Shown: one piece after another, positions 30,986 to 39,967 of the stretch
Layout of the letters: each line of letters begins with the position of its first letter
Numbering within the stretch: position 1 is the stretch's first letter
NCBI GenBank assembly: GCA_944371305.1
Contig: CALVXM010000002.1
Coordinates: 34,661 to 98,660 of the forward strand
Direction: 5' to 3'
Length of the DNA stretch: 64,000 bases
Origin: an uncultured Bacilli bacterium
Lineage (GTDB): Bacteria > Bacillota_I > Bacilli_A > RF39 > UBA660
Made by a program: the position numbers and the translations under genes
The notes under the pieces: model-generated
Database searches by the model: none
What the model was told of the DNA's origin: nothing
Seen by the model: only the letters and a program-made list of their open reading frames with translations

Positions 30986-32251
30986 TTACGATAAAATTGT
31001 TAGAATTAATAAAGTTAAATAAATACCACTTACAATGCCAACAATAAAACTAAGTAATAATGTATCAATAAAAGCTGCTGTTTTGCCATTATTAGGCAAA
31101 GTTAAAACTTTAACTTTAGGGTTTTCCATCTGTTTAGACTCAGAATAAACTAGTTCATTAGCATTATTATTTTGCTTAATATTTCTTTGAGAAGTTAACA
31201 TATCAAACTGATTTTGATTAACCGGATAATTCTGTAAAATGTAATTAATTTGATCAATAGACAAGTTTTCAAGATACTTATTCAAAAATATGTCCATATT
31301 TATATCCTTGTTGCGATTAGCAACTAAAAACTGAGTAACTATCTCATTATCGTAAGATGGATACTCTAAGTTTTGATTTTGTTCGATAGAAGTCGAATCA
31401 GTAGCTTTAGTCTCATTTACTTCATTGACAACTACCTTATTACCTTCATTGTTAGCTGTCAATATTTTATCATCATCTTTATTATAGTAAATACCAGTTT
31501 CTGTATTACCAACTATGTCATCAACTACTTCATTTTCATATTTCTGCATCGCTTTAGATGATAAAGTATCTTTATTATCCAACTGTTCTAAATCATCTAA
31601 TTGTATGCTATTTTTTTCAAATTTTTCCATATCATTAGCAATTTCTAAACTGTTAATTTCACCATCTTTTTGTTGAAAAGCTAACGATTCGTTTTGTTTA
31701 GCTTTAAATTGCTCAACAAAATTTCGATTGGAAACATTATCATCCAATATTTTTATTTGATTATTTTCATCTTTATATTTGATATAATTTTTACCATTAA
31801 CATTAAAACTACTAATATTTTCAAAATCGAGTGGAGCGTCTTTCATGACATCATCAAAATAACTAAACAATTGTTTAATATTTTTATTTACTACATCGTC
31901 TTTAAAATCTAATTCTTTTAAATTTGGTAACAATTCCTTATGCGTATTAACATAACGATTAATATCAGTAATTGCATCCCTAAGTGCTATTTTATCTTTA
32001 AATTTACCATTTTTAATATCATTTTTAATAGCTTGCATAATATAATCTACAAAAACTGTTTCTACAGTTGTAGCATTTTTAACTTCAAATGGTAGATTAA
32101 GATTTAAATCACTCGTTTTACTCAAATCAACACTTAAAACTTCTTCATCGTTTTTAAGGACTAAAAAGGAACCATTATTTAATTTAATTAAACCCATGGT
32201 ATCAAATAAATGACCACCATATATAATTCTACTAGGTAGCATAATCATCAC
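30986..32251 (-). CDS. Hypothetical C-terminally membrane-anchored protein
   Basis: 421 aa, Asn/Asp-rich, with a single C-terminal TM helix; no family recognised. Confidence 0.3.
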   Translation of the reverse strand: MMIMLPSRIIYGGHLFDTMGLIKLNNGSFLVLKNDEEVLSVDLSKTSDLNLNLPFEVKNATTVETVFVDYIMQAIKNDIKNGKFKDKIALRDAITDINRYVNTHKELLPNLKELDFKDDVVNKNIKQLFSYFDDVMKDAPLDFENISSFNVNGKNYIKYKDENNQIKILDDNVSNRNFVEQFKAKQNESLAFQQKDGEINSLEIANDMEKFEKNSIQLDDLEQLDNKDTLSSKAMQKYENEVVDDIVGNTETGIYYNKDDDKILTANNEGNKVVVNEVNETKATDSTSIEQNQNLEYPSYDNEIVTQFLVANRNKDINMDIFLNKYLENLSIDQINYILQNYPVNQNQFDMLTSQRNIKQNNNANELVYSESKQMENPKVKVLTLPNNGKTAAFIDTLLLSFIVGIVSGIYLTLLILTILS

Positions 32252-32347
32252 CCACTTTTATTTTACCACATTTTATTCCATTTTGATATATGCTAATGTT
32301 GATTTATGTAAAGTAAAATGGTATGATTGATAAAAGAGGGTGGATAA

Positions 32348-33322
32348 ATGAAAAAAGGAAAATTTATAGTAAAATCATTTCGAAATACAACGATTTCTAG
32401 TTTAATAGATGTAGTTAAAAAAGTTAAAAAACAAACCAAAAAGAAATTTGTTTTATTTGACATATTATACTGTGCAATTAAATATCAAGCTGCTTTTCAT
32501 GACTATCTCGAATTTGAGTTTTATCTATTGAATAACACTCAAAGAAAAACTTATTTGACAAATGGAAAGAATAACGAAATCGTTAGAATGTTCAACGATA
32601 AAAACTTTTGGCACATTATCGATAATAAAAATGAGTTTAACGATTATTTTAAAAAATACTTAAAAAGAGATTATTTAAATCCTAATTTTACCAAAGAAGA
32701 GTTATATAAGTTTATTCAAAACAAAGATAAAATAATAGTTAAACCAGTTAATGGTATCGGGGGGGAAGGTATCGAAATTATCGATACTAAAAAAAATGAT
32801 ATCTATGAAAAATACGGCACTTATTTACTAGAAGAAGTTATTACACAACATCCTAAACTAAACGAATTATATCCAAAATCAGTCAATTCGTTGAGGATTT
32901 TTACATTTTTTGATGGAAAAGATTCCCATCTTTTGCAAGTTATTTTAAAAATTGGCAATAAAGAAGTAGTTGATAATTTTTCTTCTGGTGGAATGTATGC
33001 TTTTCTAGATGATAACGGAACTGTTATGACACCAGCAATCGATAAAGATGACAATTTTTATGGCGTCCATCCAACTAGCAAAAAACAAATACTCGGCTTT
33101 AAAGTACCTATGTTTAATGAAGCAATTGAACTTGCTTTAAATGCTGCCAAAGAAATTGAACAAATAAAATATATTGGTTGGGATATTGCTATTACGTCTA
33201 ATGGACCTTGTATAATTGAAGGAAATAGCTATCCAGGTATATACCAAATCAAACCTAGATTTGATAAAAATAAAACTGGTATTCTTCCTAAATATGAGAA
33301 AATAATGAAAATAAAATTATAG
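32348..33322 (+). CDS. Sugar-transfer-associated ATP-grasp family protein
   Basis: 324 aa ATP-grasp fold (KIIVKPVNGIGGEGIEII; C-terminal ligase motifs). AGAGGGTGGA RBS. Confidence 0.55.
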   Translation: MKKGKFIVKSFRNTTISSLIDVVKKVKKQTKKKFVLFDILYCAIKYQAAFHDYLEFEFYLLNNTQRKTYLTNGKNNEIVRMFNDKNFWHIIDNKNEFNDYFKKYLKRDYLNPNFTKEELYKFIQNKDKIIVKPVNGIGGEGIEIIDTKKNDIYEKYGTYLLEEVITQHPKLNELYPKSVNSLRIFTFFDGKDSHLLQVILKIGNKEVVDNFSSGGMYAFLDDNGTVMTPAIDKDDNFYGVHPTSKKQILGFKVPMFNEAIELALNAAKEIEQIKYIGWDIAITSNGPCIIEGNSYPGIYQIKPRFDKNKTGILPKYEKIMKIKL

Positions 33323-33324
33323 TA

Positions 33325-33353
33325 TTGACTTATAATTAAAAGCATAATATAAT
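33325..33353 (+). promoter_or_regulatory. Consensus sigma-A promoter for rpsD (TTGACT-17-TATAAT)
   Basis: TTGACT at 33325..33330, exact 17-nt spacer, TATAAT at 33348..33353. Confidence 0.55.
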
Positions 33354-33517
33354 ATTGATGCATCTAAGCAGCGTTAGTATGAAATTTATAATGTGTTTAT
33401 TACCTTTAGGGGTTATCGGTAACGAAAGCTGTATAGTGATGATTATTTGAATAAACACCCTTTAAATTGACATATTGACCTTTTAGGTAGTAACCATAAG
33501 AAAGGAGTGAATTTTAG
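33354..33517 (+). promoter_or_regulatory. Structured 5' leader of rpsD (candidate S4 autoregulatory element)
   Basis: A ~160-nt UTR with the long-range complementarity GTGTTTATT...AATAAACAC and GGGGTTATCGGTAACG stem-loops. Translational autoregulation of rpsD by S4 is established in Bacillus. Confidence 0.4.
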
Positions 33518-34120
33518 ATGGCAAGATACACAGGAAGCGTTAATCGTATATCACGTCGTTTAGGTTTTTCTACATTAGAGAATGGAAAAGAATTAACTAA
33601 AAGACCTTATGCACCAGGACAACACGGTAATAAAAAAGAAAAGAAGTTATCTAACTATGGTGTACAATTACAAGAAAAACAAAAACTTAGATTTATGTAC
33701 GGATTAAACGAAAAACAATTTGAATCTACTTTTGAAAAAGCCGGAAAGATGAAAGGTGTTCATGGCGATAATTTATTTAAATTATTAGAAAGTCGTTTAG
33801 ATAATCTAGTATACCGCTTAGGTTTTTCAACAACAAGACGTGGGGCTAGACAATTAGTTAATCACGGACATATTACTGTTAATGGTAAAAAAGTTGATAT
33901 ACCATCATATACTTGTAAACCAGGTGATGTAATCGCTGTTAAAGAAAATGCTAAAGATTTAGCAATCATCAAATCTTCTTTAGAAGCATTATTAAAAAGA
34001 GTTGAATTCGTTACATATGATGAAAATAAAATGGCTGGTACTTATGTAAGATATCCAGAAAGAAGCGAATTAAACGCTGATATCAATGAATCATTGATTA
34101 TTGAATTCTATAATAGATAG
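33518..34120 (+). CDS. rpsD: 30S ribosomal protein S4
   Basis: [17 protein letters not shown]-terminus and an S4 RNA-binding domain; 200 aa. Confidence 0.95.
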   Translation: MARYTGSVNRISRRLGFSTLENGKELTKRPYAPGQHGNKKEKKLSNYGVQLQEKQKLRFMYGLNEKQFESTFEKAGKMKGVHGDNLFKLLESRLDNLVYRLGFSTTRRGARQLVNHGHITVNGKKVDIPSYTCKPGDVIAVKENAKDLAIIKSSLEALLKRVEFVTYDENKMAGTYVRYPERSELNADINESLIIEFYNR

Positions 34121-34142
34121 TATTTACTATCTATTTTTTTTA
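34112..34142 (+). terminator. Intrinsic terminator of rpsD
   Basis: ATAGATAGT-attt-ACTATCTAT hairpin overlapping the stop codon, followed by a T9 run. Confidence 0.55.
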
Positions 34143-34164
34143 AAAAAAAGATAATCCTATTTGA

Positions 34165-34908
34165 TTATCTTGTAAAATGATAAATTAAAAACATCGCACC
34201 AGTCATAACAATAACTAATAAAATAAACAATAAAATTTTAGTTAAAAGATTATTTTTCTTAATATTTTCCTTAATTTCTTTCAAATCTTCAAAATCATCA
34301 CTAGAAAAATCTAAACTTGAAGTAAAAAATGATTTATCGATATTAGATTCAATTAATTTAGTATTCTGCATTGTCTCATCATTATCAAGTTCGTTTTTAA
34401 TGTCTTTTTTCATATCAGAATCGTAAATTGATTTTAAATCATCTAGTAAATCGGTAGTATAACCAGCTTTACTATTTGTCGATATTGCTTCAATCATATC
34501 TTTCAATTCTTTTTCATCTAGTGAATCAGAATTATTCTGTTCATTCAAGTTTATTCCTTTTAAAATATTATATTGCGTATTAAACACTTTATTATCTTTT
34601 TCGTATCTTTCAGTCTTAGCCTTATCTAAAACATCTTTAATGTCATAATTTCTTTCTTCTGGTTCTTCGTCAACAATTGGTTTAGATATTGGTTCCTTGA
34701 AAGTTCTAACTTTTGGTGGTTCCTTACTACCATTGATCAATTCTCTGATTTTATCTAAATCAATTTTTTCATTTTTTTCGATAACTGAAATTCCTTCTAC
34801 ATTAGAGTATTCAACTTCATCATAAATAGTACGGTAAAGGTCTTTATTCTTGTCTAATCTAGTTTTTACTTCACTAGATTTATAATATCGTTCCATCCGA
34901 CTAGCCAT
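34165..34908 (-). CDS. Hypothetical acidic tail-anchored membrane protein
   Basis: 247 aa rich in D/E/K with a single C-terminal TM helix. Confidence 0.3.
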   Translation of the reverse strand: MASRMERYYKSSEVKTRLDKNKDLYRTIYDEVEYSNVEGISVIEKNEKIDLDKIRELINGSKEPPKVRTFKEPISKPIVDEEPEERNYDIKDVLDKAKTERYEKDNKVFNTQYNILKGINLNEQNNSDSLDEKELKDMIEAISTNSKAGYTTDLLDDLKSIYDSDMKKDIKNELDNDETMQNTKLIESNIDKSFFTSSLDFSSDDFEDLKEIKENIKKNNLLTKILLFILLVIVMTGAMFLIYHFTR

Positions 34909-35017
34909 AAAATCACCGTACCTTCCTGTAAATATAATATCATATTTAATAAAAGATTTAAATACATACTTGCATTTTTTTGACAGTTTTTTTATAATTA
35001 TGTGCGGAGGGATAAAT

Positions 35018-35212
35018 ATGAAAGTATCAATAATTAATGAAAATTGTATTGGATGCGGACAATGTGAAGCAACTTGTAGTGAAGTTTTTAAAGTTGAAGA
35101 TGATGGTATTGCTCATGTTATTAATGATGAAATAAAAGAAAATTTAAAAGAAGATGTTGAATTAGCCGCTAATGGTTGTCCAACTGATGCAATAGAAATT
35201 AAAAACGCTTAA
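35018..35212 (+). CDS. 4Fe-4S ferredoxin
   Basis: MKVSIINENCIGCGQCEATC ... CP cluster motifs. The ATG at 35018 has a GGAGGG RBS; the longer track ORF starts at an alternative codon. Confidence 0.75.
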   Translation: MKVSIINENCIGCGQCEATCSEVFKVEDDGIAHVINDEIKENLKEDVELAANGCPTDAIEIKNA

Positions 35213-35944
35213 TTAAGCGTTTTTATTATTTAAACTATATAATTTTTTGACTTCTTTTATTGTCAATTTACGATATTCTCCAGCCTTTAGACCACTTAAA
35301 TCTAAAAAAGCAATTTTTTCTCTTTTTAATTTTATTACTTCGTGATTAACAGCACTAAACATATTTTTTACTTGATGATTTTTACCTTCATGAATAGTAA
35401 CTTGAACCAAAGAAGTATTAGTTTTACGATCAACCTTTTTAACTTTAATTTTACAAGGTGCAGTTTTTAAATTATCAATAAAAACTCCTTCTTCTAAAGT
35501 TTTTATCTCTCTACCATTTAAAATACCTTTTATTTTCGCTATATAAACTTTATCAATTTCATTTTTAGGATGAATTAATAAATTAGTAAGTTCACCATCA
35601 TTAGTAAGAATCAACAAACCAGTAGTATCATAATCCAATCTACCAACTGGATAAATTCTTTTATTTGTATGAACTAAATCCAAAACAGTTTTACGCTTTT
35701 TGTCATCATCAGTAGTTGTTACCACGCCTCTTGGTTTATATAATAAATAATAAACTTTATCTTCTTTAGCCAAAACTTTCCCACAAATCATAATTTGATC
35801 ATTATCATTAACTTTGGTTCCTAGTTCAGTTATAATTTTACCATTAACTAAAACCTTGCCATTAATAATTAAATCTTCAGCTTTTCTCCTCGAACAATAA
35901 CCTGTATTAGCAATATATTTTTGTAACCTTTCCACGTCAATCAC
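35213..35944 (-). CDS. rluB: rRNA pseudouridine synthase (RsuA/RluB family)
   Basis: N-terminal S4 domain plus the catalytic motif GRLDYDTTGLLILTNDGEL. Confidence 0.85.
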   Translation of the reverse strand: MIDVERLQKYIANTGYCSRRKAEDLIINGKVLVNGKIITELGTKVNDNDQIMICGKVLAKEDKVYYLLYKPRGVVTTTDDDKKRKTVLDLVHTNKRIYPVGRLDYDTTGLLILTNDGELTNLLIHPKNEIDKVYIAKIKGILNGREIKTLEEGVFIDNLKTAPCKIKVKKVDRKTNTSLVQVTIHEGKNHQVKNMFSAVNHEVIKLKREKIAFLDLSGLKAGEYRKLTIKEVKKLYSLNNKNA

Positions 35945-35992
35945 CTTGTTACTATTATATATAAAATACTCTTATTTAGCAAGAAAATATTT

Positions 35993-36487
35993 TTAAAAAA
36001 CAATATTTATAAATATTAAACTTATAGTAATTGCTAATAAATCTGCTAATAATCCAACCCACAAAGCATATCTAATTTTTTTAATTCCAATACTACCAAA
36101 ATATAACGTTATTATATAAAAAGTCGTATCAGTCGATCCTTGAATATAAGAAGCTAAAGTTCCAACCATACTATCAGGTCCCATCAATTCATAAATATTA
36201 GTTAATATGGCTAATGAAGAAGTTCCTGAAATAGGACGCATAATGATCATGGGGATTATCTCATTGGGAATAAATGAAATAAACTTAAATAAATCAATTA
36301 TGACATTACTTTTTAAAAATATATTTACAGCTAAAATCATTGCTAATAAACAGGGAAATAATTTTAATATCATTGGAAAACTTTCCTTAGCACCGTCGAT
36401 AAAAGCATCATAAATAGCCACTTTTTTAAACATCGCATAAATCACAACAAACAAAACAATTAAAGGCAAAATTAAATTAGAAATCAT
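35993..36487 (-). CDS. spmB: Spore maturation protein B
   Basis: Nucleoside-recognition-domain membrane protein immediately after spmA, in the conserved dacB-spmA-spmB arrangement. Confidence 0.7.
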   Translation of the reverse strand: MISNLILPLIVLFVVIYAMFKKVAIYDAFIDGAKESFPMILKLFPCLLAMILAVNIFLKSNVIIDLFKFISFIPNEIIPMIIMRPISGTSSLAILTNIYELMGPDSMVGTLASYIQGSTDTTFYIITLYFGSIGIKKIRYALWVGLLADLLAITISLIFINIVF

Positions 36488-37059
36488 GAGAACCTCGCAA
36501 AAATTTTATCAATAACAAGTCCCAAAATAGTACTAGAAAAAGTAATAATAATACATGGTAAAACAACACTTGTAGGATTTAAGCTACCATACATCATTCT
36601 TAAAGAAATAATCGTCGTAGGTATTATTGTTACCCCACTAGTATTTAAAACCAAAAAAGTAATCATAGATCTAGAAGCTGTATCTTTTTTTAGATTTAAT
36701 TGTTGTAAAGACTGCATAGCTTTTAAACCAAAAGGTGTAGCAGCATTTCCTAATCCAAACATATTAGCAATAATATTAGAACTTATATAACTAAAAGATT
36801 CGTGACCTTTTGGTATTTCTGGAAAAATATATTTTAAAATTCCAGATATTTTTAAAGATAATTTCTTTAAAAGACCTGATTCTTCTGCTATTTTAGCTAT
36901 CCCTAACCATAAAGCCATAACAGGAAAAATTTTCACCGCCATATCAAATGCCGTTTTTGTACTATTTAAAATTTCCTGGTTAATCACTTCAACATTATTA
37001 TTCAAAAGACAAAATAAAATACCTATAACAATAAAAAAGCCCCATATTTTATTCACCAT
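36484..37059 (-). CDS. spmA: Spore maturation protein A
   Basis: 191-aa membrane protein of the Gate/nucleoside-recognition family overlapping dacB and spmB; operon architecture as in Bacillus. Confidence 0.7.
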   Translation of the reverse strand: MVNKIWGFFIVIGILFCLLNNNVEVINQEILNSTKTAFDMAVKIFPVMALWLGIAKIAEESGLLKKLSLKISGILKYIFPEIPKGHESFSYISSNIIANMFGLGNAATPFGLKAMQSLQQLNLKKDTASRSMITFLVLNTSGVTIIPTTIISLRMMYGSLNPTSVVLPCIIITFSSTILGLVIDKIFARFS

Positions 37060-38123
37060 AAATTATTAAACCACGCTTTCAATCTATCCCAAAAATTTAA
37101 TTTTTCTCTTTTTTCCACAAATATTTTTTCTTCGTGAACTTTTTCATCATTGATAAAAACTTCTACCACACCAACATTATCGTTATTGTTATAATTTTGC
37201 TTTTTTTCCAATTTAAAATTAAGTAATACTTTATTTTGTTTGTTATGATCTAAAGAATAATAAAAATCATTATTTATATATAACTTATCCAAATAATATT
37301 GTTCATCAATAACTTCTATTTCTCCTTTTTTTAAAATTTGATAATTAGTATAATTGGAAAATGCTTCTTCAAACAAATTAATATGATCTGAAAAATCATT
37401 ACCATCATTTAAAGTTACTACGACTAAGTTAACATTATTACGTGATGCCGTTGTAACTAAAGTTCTCCTAGCCACATCAGTAAAACCAGTTTTTCCTCCA
37501 GTTATATAATCATGACTATGTAATAATTTATTTTTATTTAACCAAGAATAATAATTCATATTAGTTTTAAGAGTATACTTTTTAGTACCAACTATTTTTC
37601 TATATTCTTCATTTTTCATCGCATAACTAGTTAATAATGCCATATCGTATGCTGTGGATAAGTTCCCTCCATTTTCATCCAAACCATGTGGATTATTAAA
37701 TTTAGTATTATTCATCCCAATTTCCACTGCTTTTTTATTCATCATATCTACAAATTTATCAATATCCTTTCCGACATACTTAGCAATTGCTAAAGCCGCA
37801 TCATTTCCGCTTCTTAACATAAGGCCATACAATAAAGATTCTAAAGTTATTTGTTCCCCTTGCTTAATATAAATGCCTGATCCGTAGGCTTCAGATATTT
37901 CGTCGGTAATAGTCACTACATCATTTACATTAGCATTTTCAATAGCTACTATTGCTGTCATTATCTTTGAAATAGAAGCTACACTTCGAACATCATGGAC
38001 ATTATTACCATAAATAACGTTTAAACTATCCATATCCATTAAAACTGTACTAACTGCACTGCTACTATAAGCTTCTACACGAAAAGGCACTATCAAAAAT
38101 AAAAATAAAAATATTTTTTTCAC
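37053..38123 (-). CDS. dacB: D-alanyl-D-alanine carboxypeptidase (sporulation-type, DacB-like)
   Basis: Signal peptide, SxxK active site (ASISKIMT), SGN and KTG motifs, and the C-terminal PBP5-C domain. Confidence 0.8.
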   Translation of the reverse strand: MKKIFLFLFLIVPFRVEAYSSSAVSTVLMDMDSLNVIYGNNVHDVRSVASISKIMTAIVAIENANVNDVVTITDEISEAYGSGIYIKQGEQITLESLLYGLMLRSGNDAALAIAKYVGKDIDKFVDMMNKKAVEIGMNNTKFNNPHGLDENGGNLSTAYDMALLTSYAMKNEEYRKIVGTKKYTLKTNMNYYSWLNKNKLLHSHDYITGGKTGFTDVARRTLVTTASRNNVNLVVVTLNDGNDFSDHINLFEEAFSNYTNYQILKKGEIEVIDEQYYLDKLYINNDFYYSLDHNKQNKVLLNFKLEKKQNYNNNDNVGVVEVFINDEKVHEEKIFVEKREKLNFWDRLKAWFNNLW

Positions 38124-38180
38124 AACATCACCTATAATAAAGATATGAAAAGCAAAAGAAAAAAAGTCTTAAAATAAGAC

Positions 38181-38642
38181 TTATTCGCAAACTGCACCAA
38201 GTGTTGCATAACTAGCTTTAATACTTGCTAAAAGCACTTGATTTTTATCGTTAACCATAGAACTTATTGCCGGTTGATCAACTAGTAGTTTTTCAATATC
38301 AACTTTTTGATAATCAATTTCTATAGTTGAAGTTAAACTATCATCATTTTTTTTGATATTAATATCATAACCACCATAATTTTCTGCCATCGGATTATAA
38401 ACACCTTTTAAATAATCCTCAAAGCTATTTAAAACTTCATCATTATCACTAAATATTTGTTCTACAGTAATAACTTTATTTACAGTTTCACCATCAGTAT
38501 AAATTTCATAAGTGCCCGTCATCTGATAGTCATTTTCCAAATCATTCTTGTTTAATGTACAAGTAACGATATTTGTCTTTTGACAACCACTCAAAAAAAT
38601 AGCCGAAAAAATTATTGTACCTATTAAAAACACTTTTTTCAT
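38181..38642 (-). CDS. Hypothetical lipoprotein
   Basis: Lipobox FLSGC after the N-terminal signal sequence; 153 aa. Confidence 0.5.
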   Translation of the reverse strand: MKKVFLIGTIIFSAIFLSGCQKTNIVTCTLNKNDLENDYQMTGTYEIYTDGETVNKVITVEQIFSDNDEVLNSFEDYLKGVYNPMAENYGGYDINIKKNDDSLTSTIEIDYQKVDIEKLLVDQPAISSMVNDKNQVLLASIKASYATLGAVCE

Positions 38643-38685
38643 AAAATAATTCTCCTAATCTATAACTAAAGAAACACATTTTCAT

Positions 38686-39051
38686 TTAAATTTCTTTTTT
38701 CCATAAACCATGCTTATTACAATAAGCACATATTATAGACTCTTTTTCTAAAGGGAAAATAACCTTTGGTTTGTCATTTGGTTTTAAATTATACCTAATA
38801 ATTTTATTATCTTTTACTAAAGCAATCCACATAATATAATGATCTAATTCCATGGGATGAATAGTTTCTCCAATTGTAACTTCAATTTTATCATCTATTA
38901 TTTTATAAGAAGGCACATGTTTTTCTAAGCTAGCATCAACACTATTAGCAATTAATAACTCCATCTCTTTACCACAACATTTGATGTTTTTATTATTTCC
39001 CTCAATCACTTCAATTACATTACCACATATATTACATCTATAAAAATTCAT
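38686..39051 (-). CDS. dfx: Desulfoferrodoxin (superoxide reductase)
   Basis: N-terminal desulforedoxin Cys motif CNICGNV..CCG and a C-terminal neelaredoxin centre (EKHVP, His/Cys ligands). Confidence 0.85.
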   Translation of the reverse strand: MNFYRCNICGNVIEVIEGNNKNIKCCGKEMELLIANSVDASLEKHVPSYKIIDDKIEVTIGETIHPMELDHYIMWIALVKDNKIIRYNLKPNDKPKVIFPLEKESIICAYCNKHGLWKKEI

Positions 39052-39060
39052 AAATCTCCC

Positions 39061-39831
39061 TCATTTCTTTAATTTCTTATTTTGTTTTTCTAATTTTTTT
39101 TCAGTTTCATGTAATTCTTTTCGAGTTTCTTTTAGTTCTCTTTTTGTTTTTTTTAGTTCTAACTTAGTTTTAATAAAATCAATATTAATGTTACTAATAA
39201 CAGCTTTTACCTTAGGAAAAGCTTGCATTAATCTTTTAGTCCAAACTGATTTTTTCAATAAAATTGCTTTTACTTTTTTGGTTATTTCCTCAGTATTATC
39301 ACGTTTTAAAAAAGTAATAGCTGTCTTTTTAAAACTATTAATTATTTTTAACGAAACAATCAAATCAGCGATAAAAATAACAAGCAATATAATGGCCAAT
39401 ATTTTAATAAACAAAGGATTCATTAAAGAAAATAAAGACTTTAACAACGGATCTGTAACGTATATTACAAAACACCCCAAAAGTCCAAATGGTATCATTG
39501 TTTCTAAACAAATTCGACCATTGATATTAAATTTATATTCGGAATAATCCCACCATCTAGCTTTAAAAATTTTTTCCATCAAATAACTAGTCGAATATTC
39601 TAAAATAGAAAATAAAAATATTGACATAACAAAAGCTACTATAAAATTATCTCGAAACTGTGTTAGAAAAACTGTCACCAAAAGGGCGCCAAATCCATAA
39701 ATAGGACAATAAGGTCCAATCAGAAAACCTCGGTTAACAAATTTTTTATGAACAAAACCATTGTAAACTATTTCAACTATCCAGCCAACAAATGAATAGA
39801 TAATAAACAACAAAAAAAACTTTCCCAGCAT
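39061..39831 (-). CDS. Hypothetical membrane protein with C-terminal coiled-coil tail
   Basis: About 6 TM helices, then a KELKETRKELHETEKKLEKQNKKLKK tail. The start is moved to the internal ATG (MLGKFF) because the longer ORF would run through the clpB promoter/CIRCE. Confidence 0.35.
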   Translation of the reverse strand: MLGKFFLLFIIYSFVGWIVEIVYNGFVHKKFVNRGFLIGPYCPIYGFGALLVTVFLTQFRDNFIVAFVMSIFLFSILEYSTSYLMEKIFKARWWDYSEYKFNINGRICLETMIPFGLLGCFVIYVTDPLLKSLFSLMNPLFIKILAIILLVIFIADLIVSLKIINSFKKTAITFLKRDNTEEITKKVKAILLKKSVWTKRLMQAFPKVKAVISNINIDFIKTKLELKKTKRELKETRKELHETEKKLEKQNKKLKK

Positions 39832-39881
39832 ATTATTACCTCGCTTGATAATTATAACACAAATTACAAAATTCGACAACT

Positions 39882-39908
39882 TTAGCACTCTTGCTTGACA
39901 AGTGCTAA
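39882..39908. promoter_or_regulatory. CIRCE element (HrcA operator) upstream of clpB
   Basis: TTAGCACTC-ttgcttgac-AAGTGCTAA matches the CIRCE consensus TTAGCACTC-N9-GAGTGCTAA (26/27), and it overlaps the promoter. Confidence 0.7.
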
Positions 39909-39923
39909 TAATAGTGCTATAAT
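39895..39923 (+). promoter_or_regulatory. Consensus sigma-A promoter of clpB (TTGACA-17-TATAAT)
   Basis: TTGACA at 39895..39900, 17-nt spacer, TATAAT at 39918..39923. Confidence 0.55.
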
Positions 39924-39967
39924 GACTACGTTGATTAGATAATCAGCAAATAAAAAGGAGGGATAAT

